This document shows, piece by piece, positions 63,805 to 64,000 of a stretch of 64,000 bases of DNA. The translations under genes and the position numbers were made by a program. The number at the start of each line of letters is the position of its first letter. Position 1 is the first letter of the stretch. Source of the stretch: Alphaproteobacteria bacterium (GTDB lineage Bacteria > Pseudomonadota > Alphaproteobacteria > UBA828); assembly GCA_963667785.2 (NCBI GenBank), contig CAXXMU010000001.1, positions 864,001-928,000 of the forward strand, in the 5' to 3' direction. The notes under the pieces were generated by a model. That model was given only the letters and a program-made list of their open reading frames with translations, did not search any database and was not told the origin of the DNA.

Positions 63805-64000
63805 TACTTCCTTTGATCTCCGCCAGAGTTACCCCACTTATCGACCTATCTCGCAATTAGGCAAGAAAATACTTCGGTCATTCCCAGCGTCCCCGTTCAT
63901 TGAAGCTATACCTTGAGACACCACACACGATCTCTTTGCCTCATAGGCTCTCCGGCATCCAGACCGGTAGCCGTGCGTCCGTCAACCCCGCAGATCTCTG

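Larger units (their letters stand above)
51200..64000. mobile_element. Genomic island / decayed integrative element with defence and RiPP cargo (right end beyond window)
   Basis: Loss of host codon style, visibly lower GC from about 54 kb, integrase fragments, TA pair, ApeA- and SIR2-like genes. Confidence 0.75.

Noticed and set aside
63805-64000. Partner gene upstream of SIR2
   Set aside because: Only short open frames reach the window edge; cannot be assigned.

Overview
High-GC alphaproteobacterial chromosome segment (Rhodospirillales-like gene order; lineage is inference). Positions 1-51,150 are mostly core and metabolic genes: glnD end, murJ, trpS, nifU-like, tsaB/rimI, olsBA, fur, valS, ilvD, metC, coq7, a catabolic patch at 20.8-33.3 kb, metK-trmB-rimP-nusA-infB-rbfA-truB-rpsO-pnp, and a BMP-type ABC transporter. 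From about 51.2 kb to the window end there is a foreign-looking island whose GC is visibly lower from about 54 kb. It holds mobile-element debris (two complementary tyrosine-integrase fragments, an FseA/DUF6499-like ORF, a broken subtilase), an ApeA-like HEPN protein, a RelE/HTH toxin-antitoxin pair and a SIR2-helical-repeat protein. The main candidate system is a tightly packed five-gene RiPP operon at 57,385-61,763: a 60-aa precursor ending YDRMHHRHSRS, a radical SAM/SPASM enzyme fused to a HExxH domain, an arginase-fold protein, a GNAT and a Cys-motif DUF483-like protein. It has no visible exporter or peptidase and lies between defence-type genes. All family calls are by-eye motif recognition; no searches were run.
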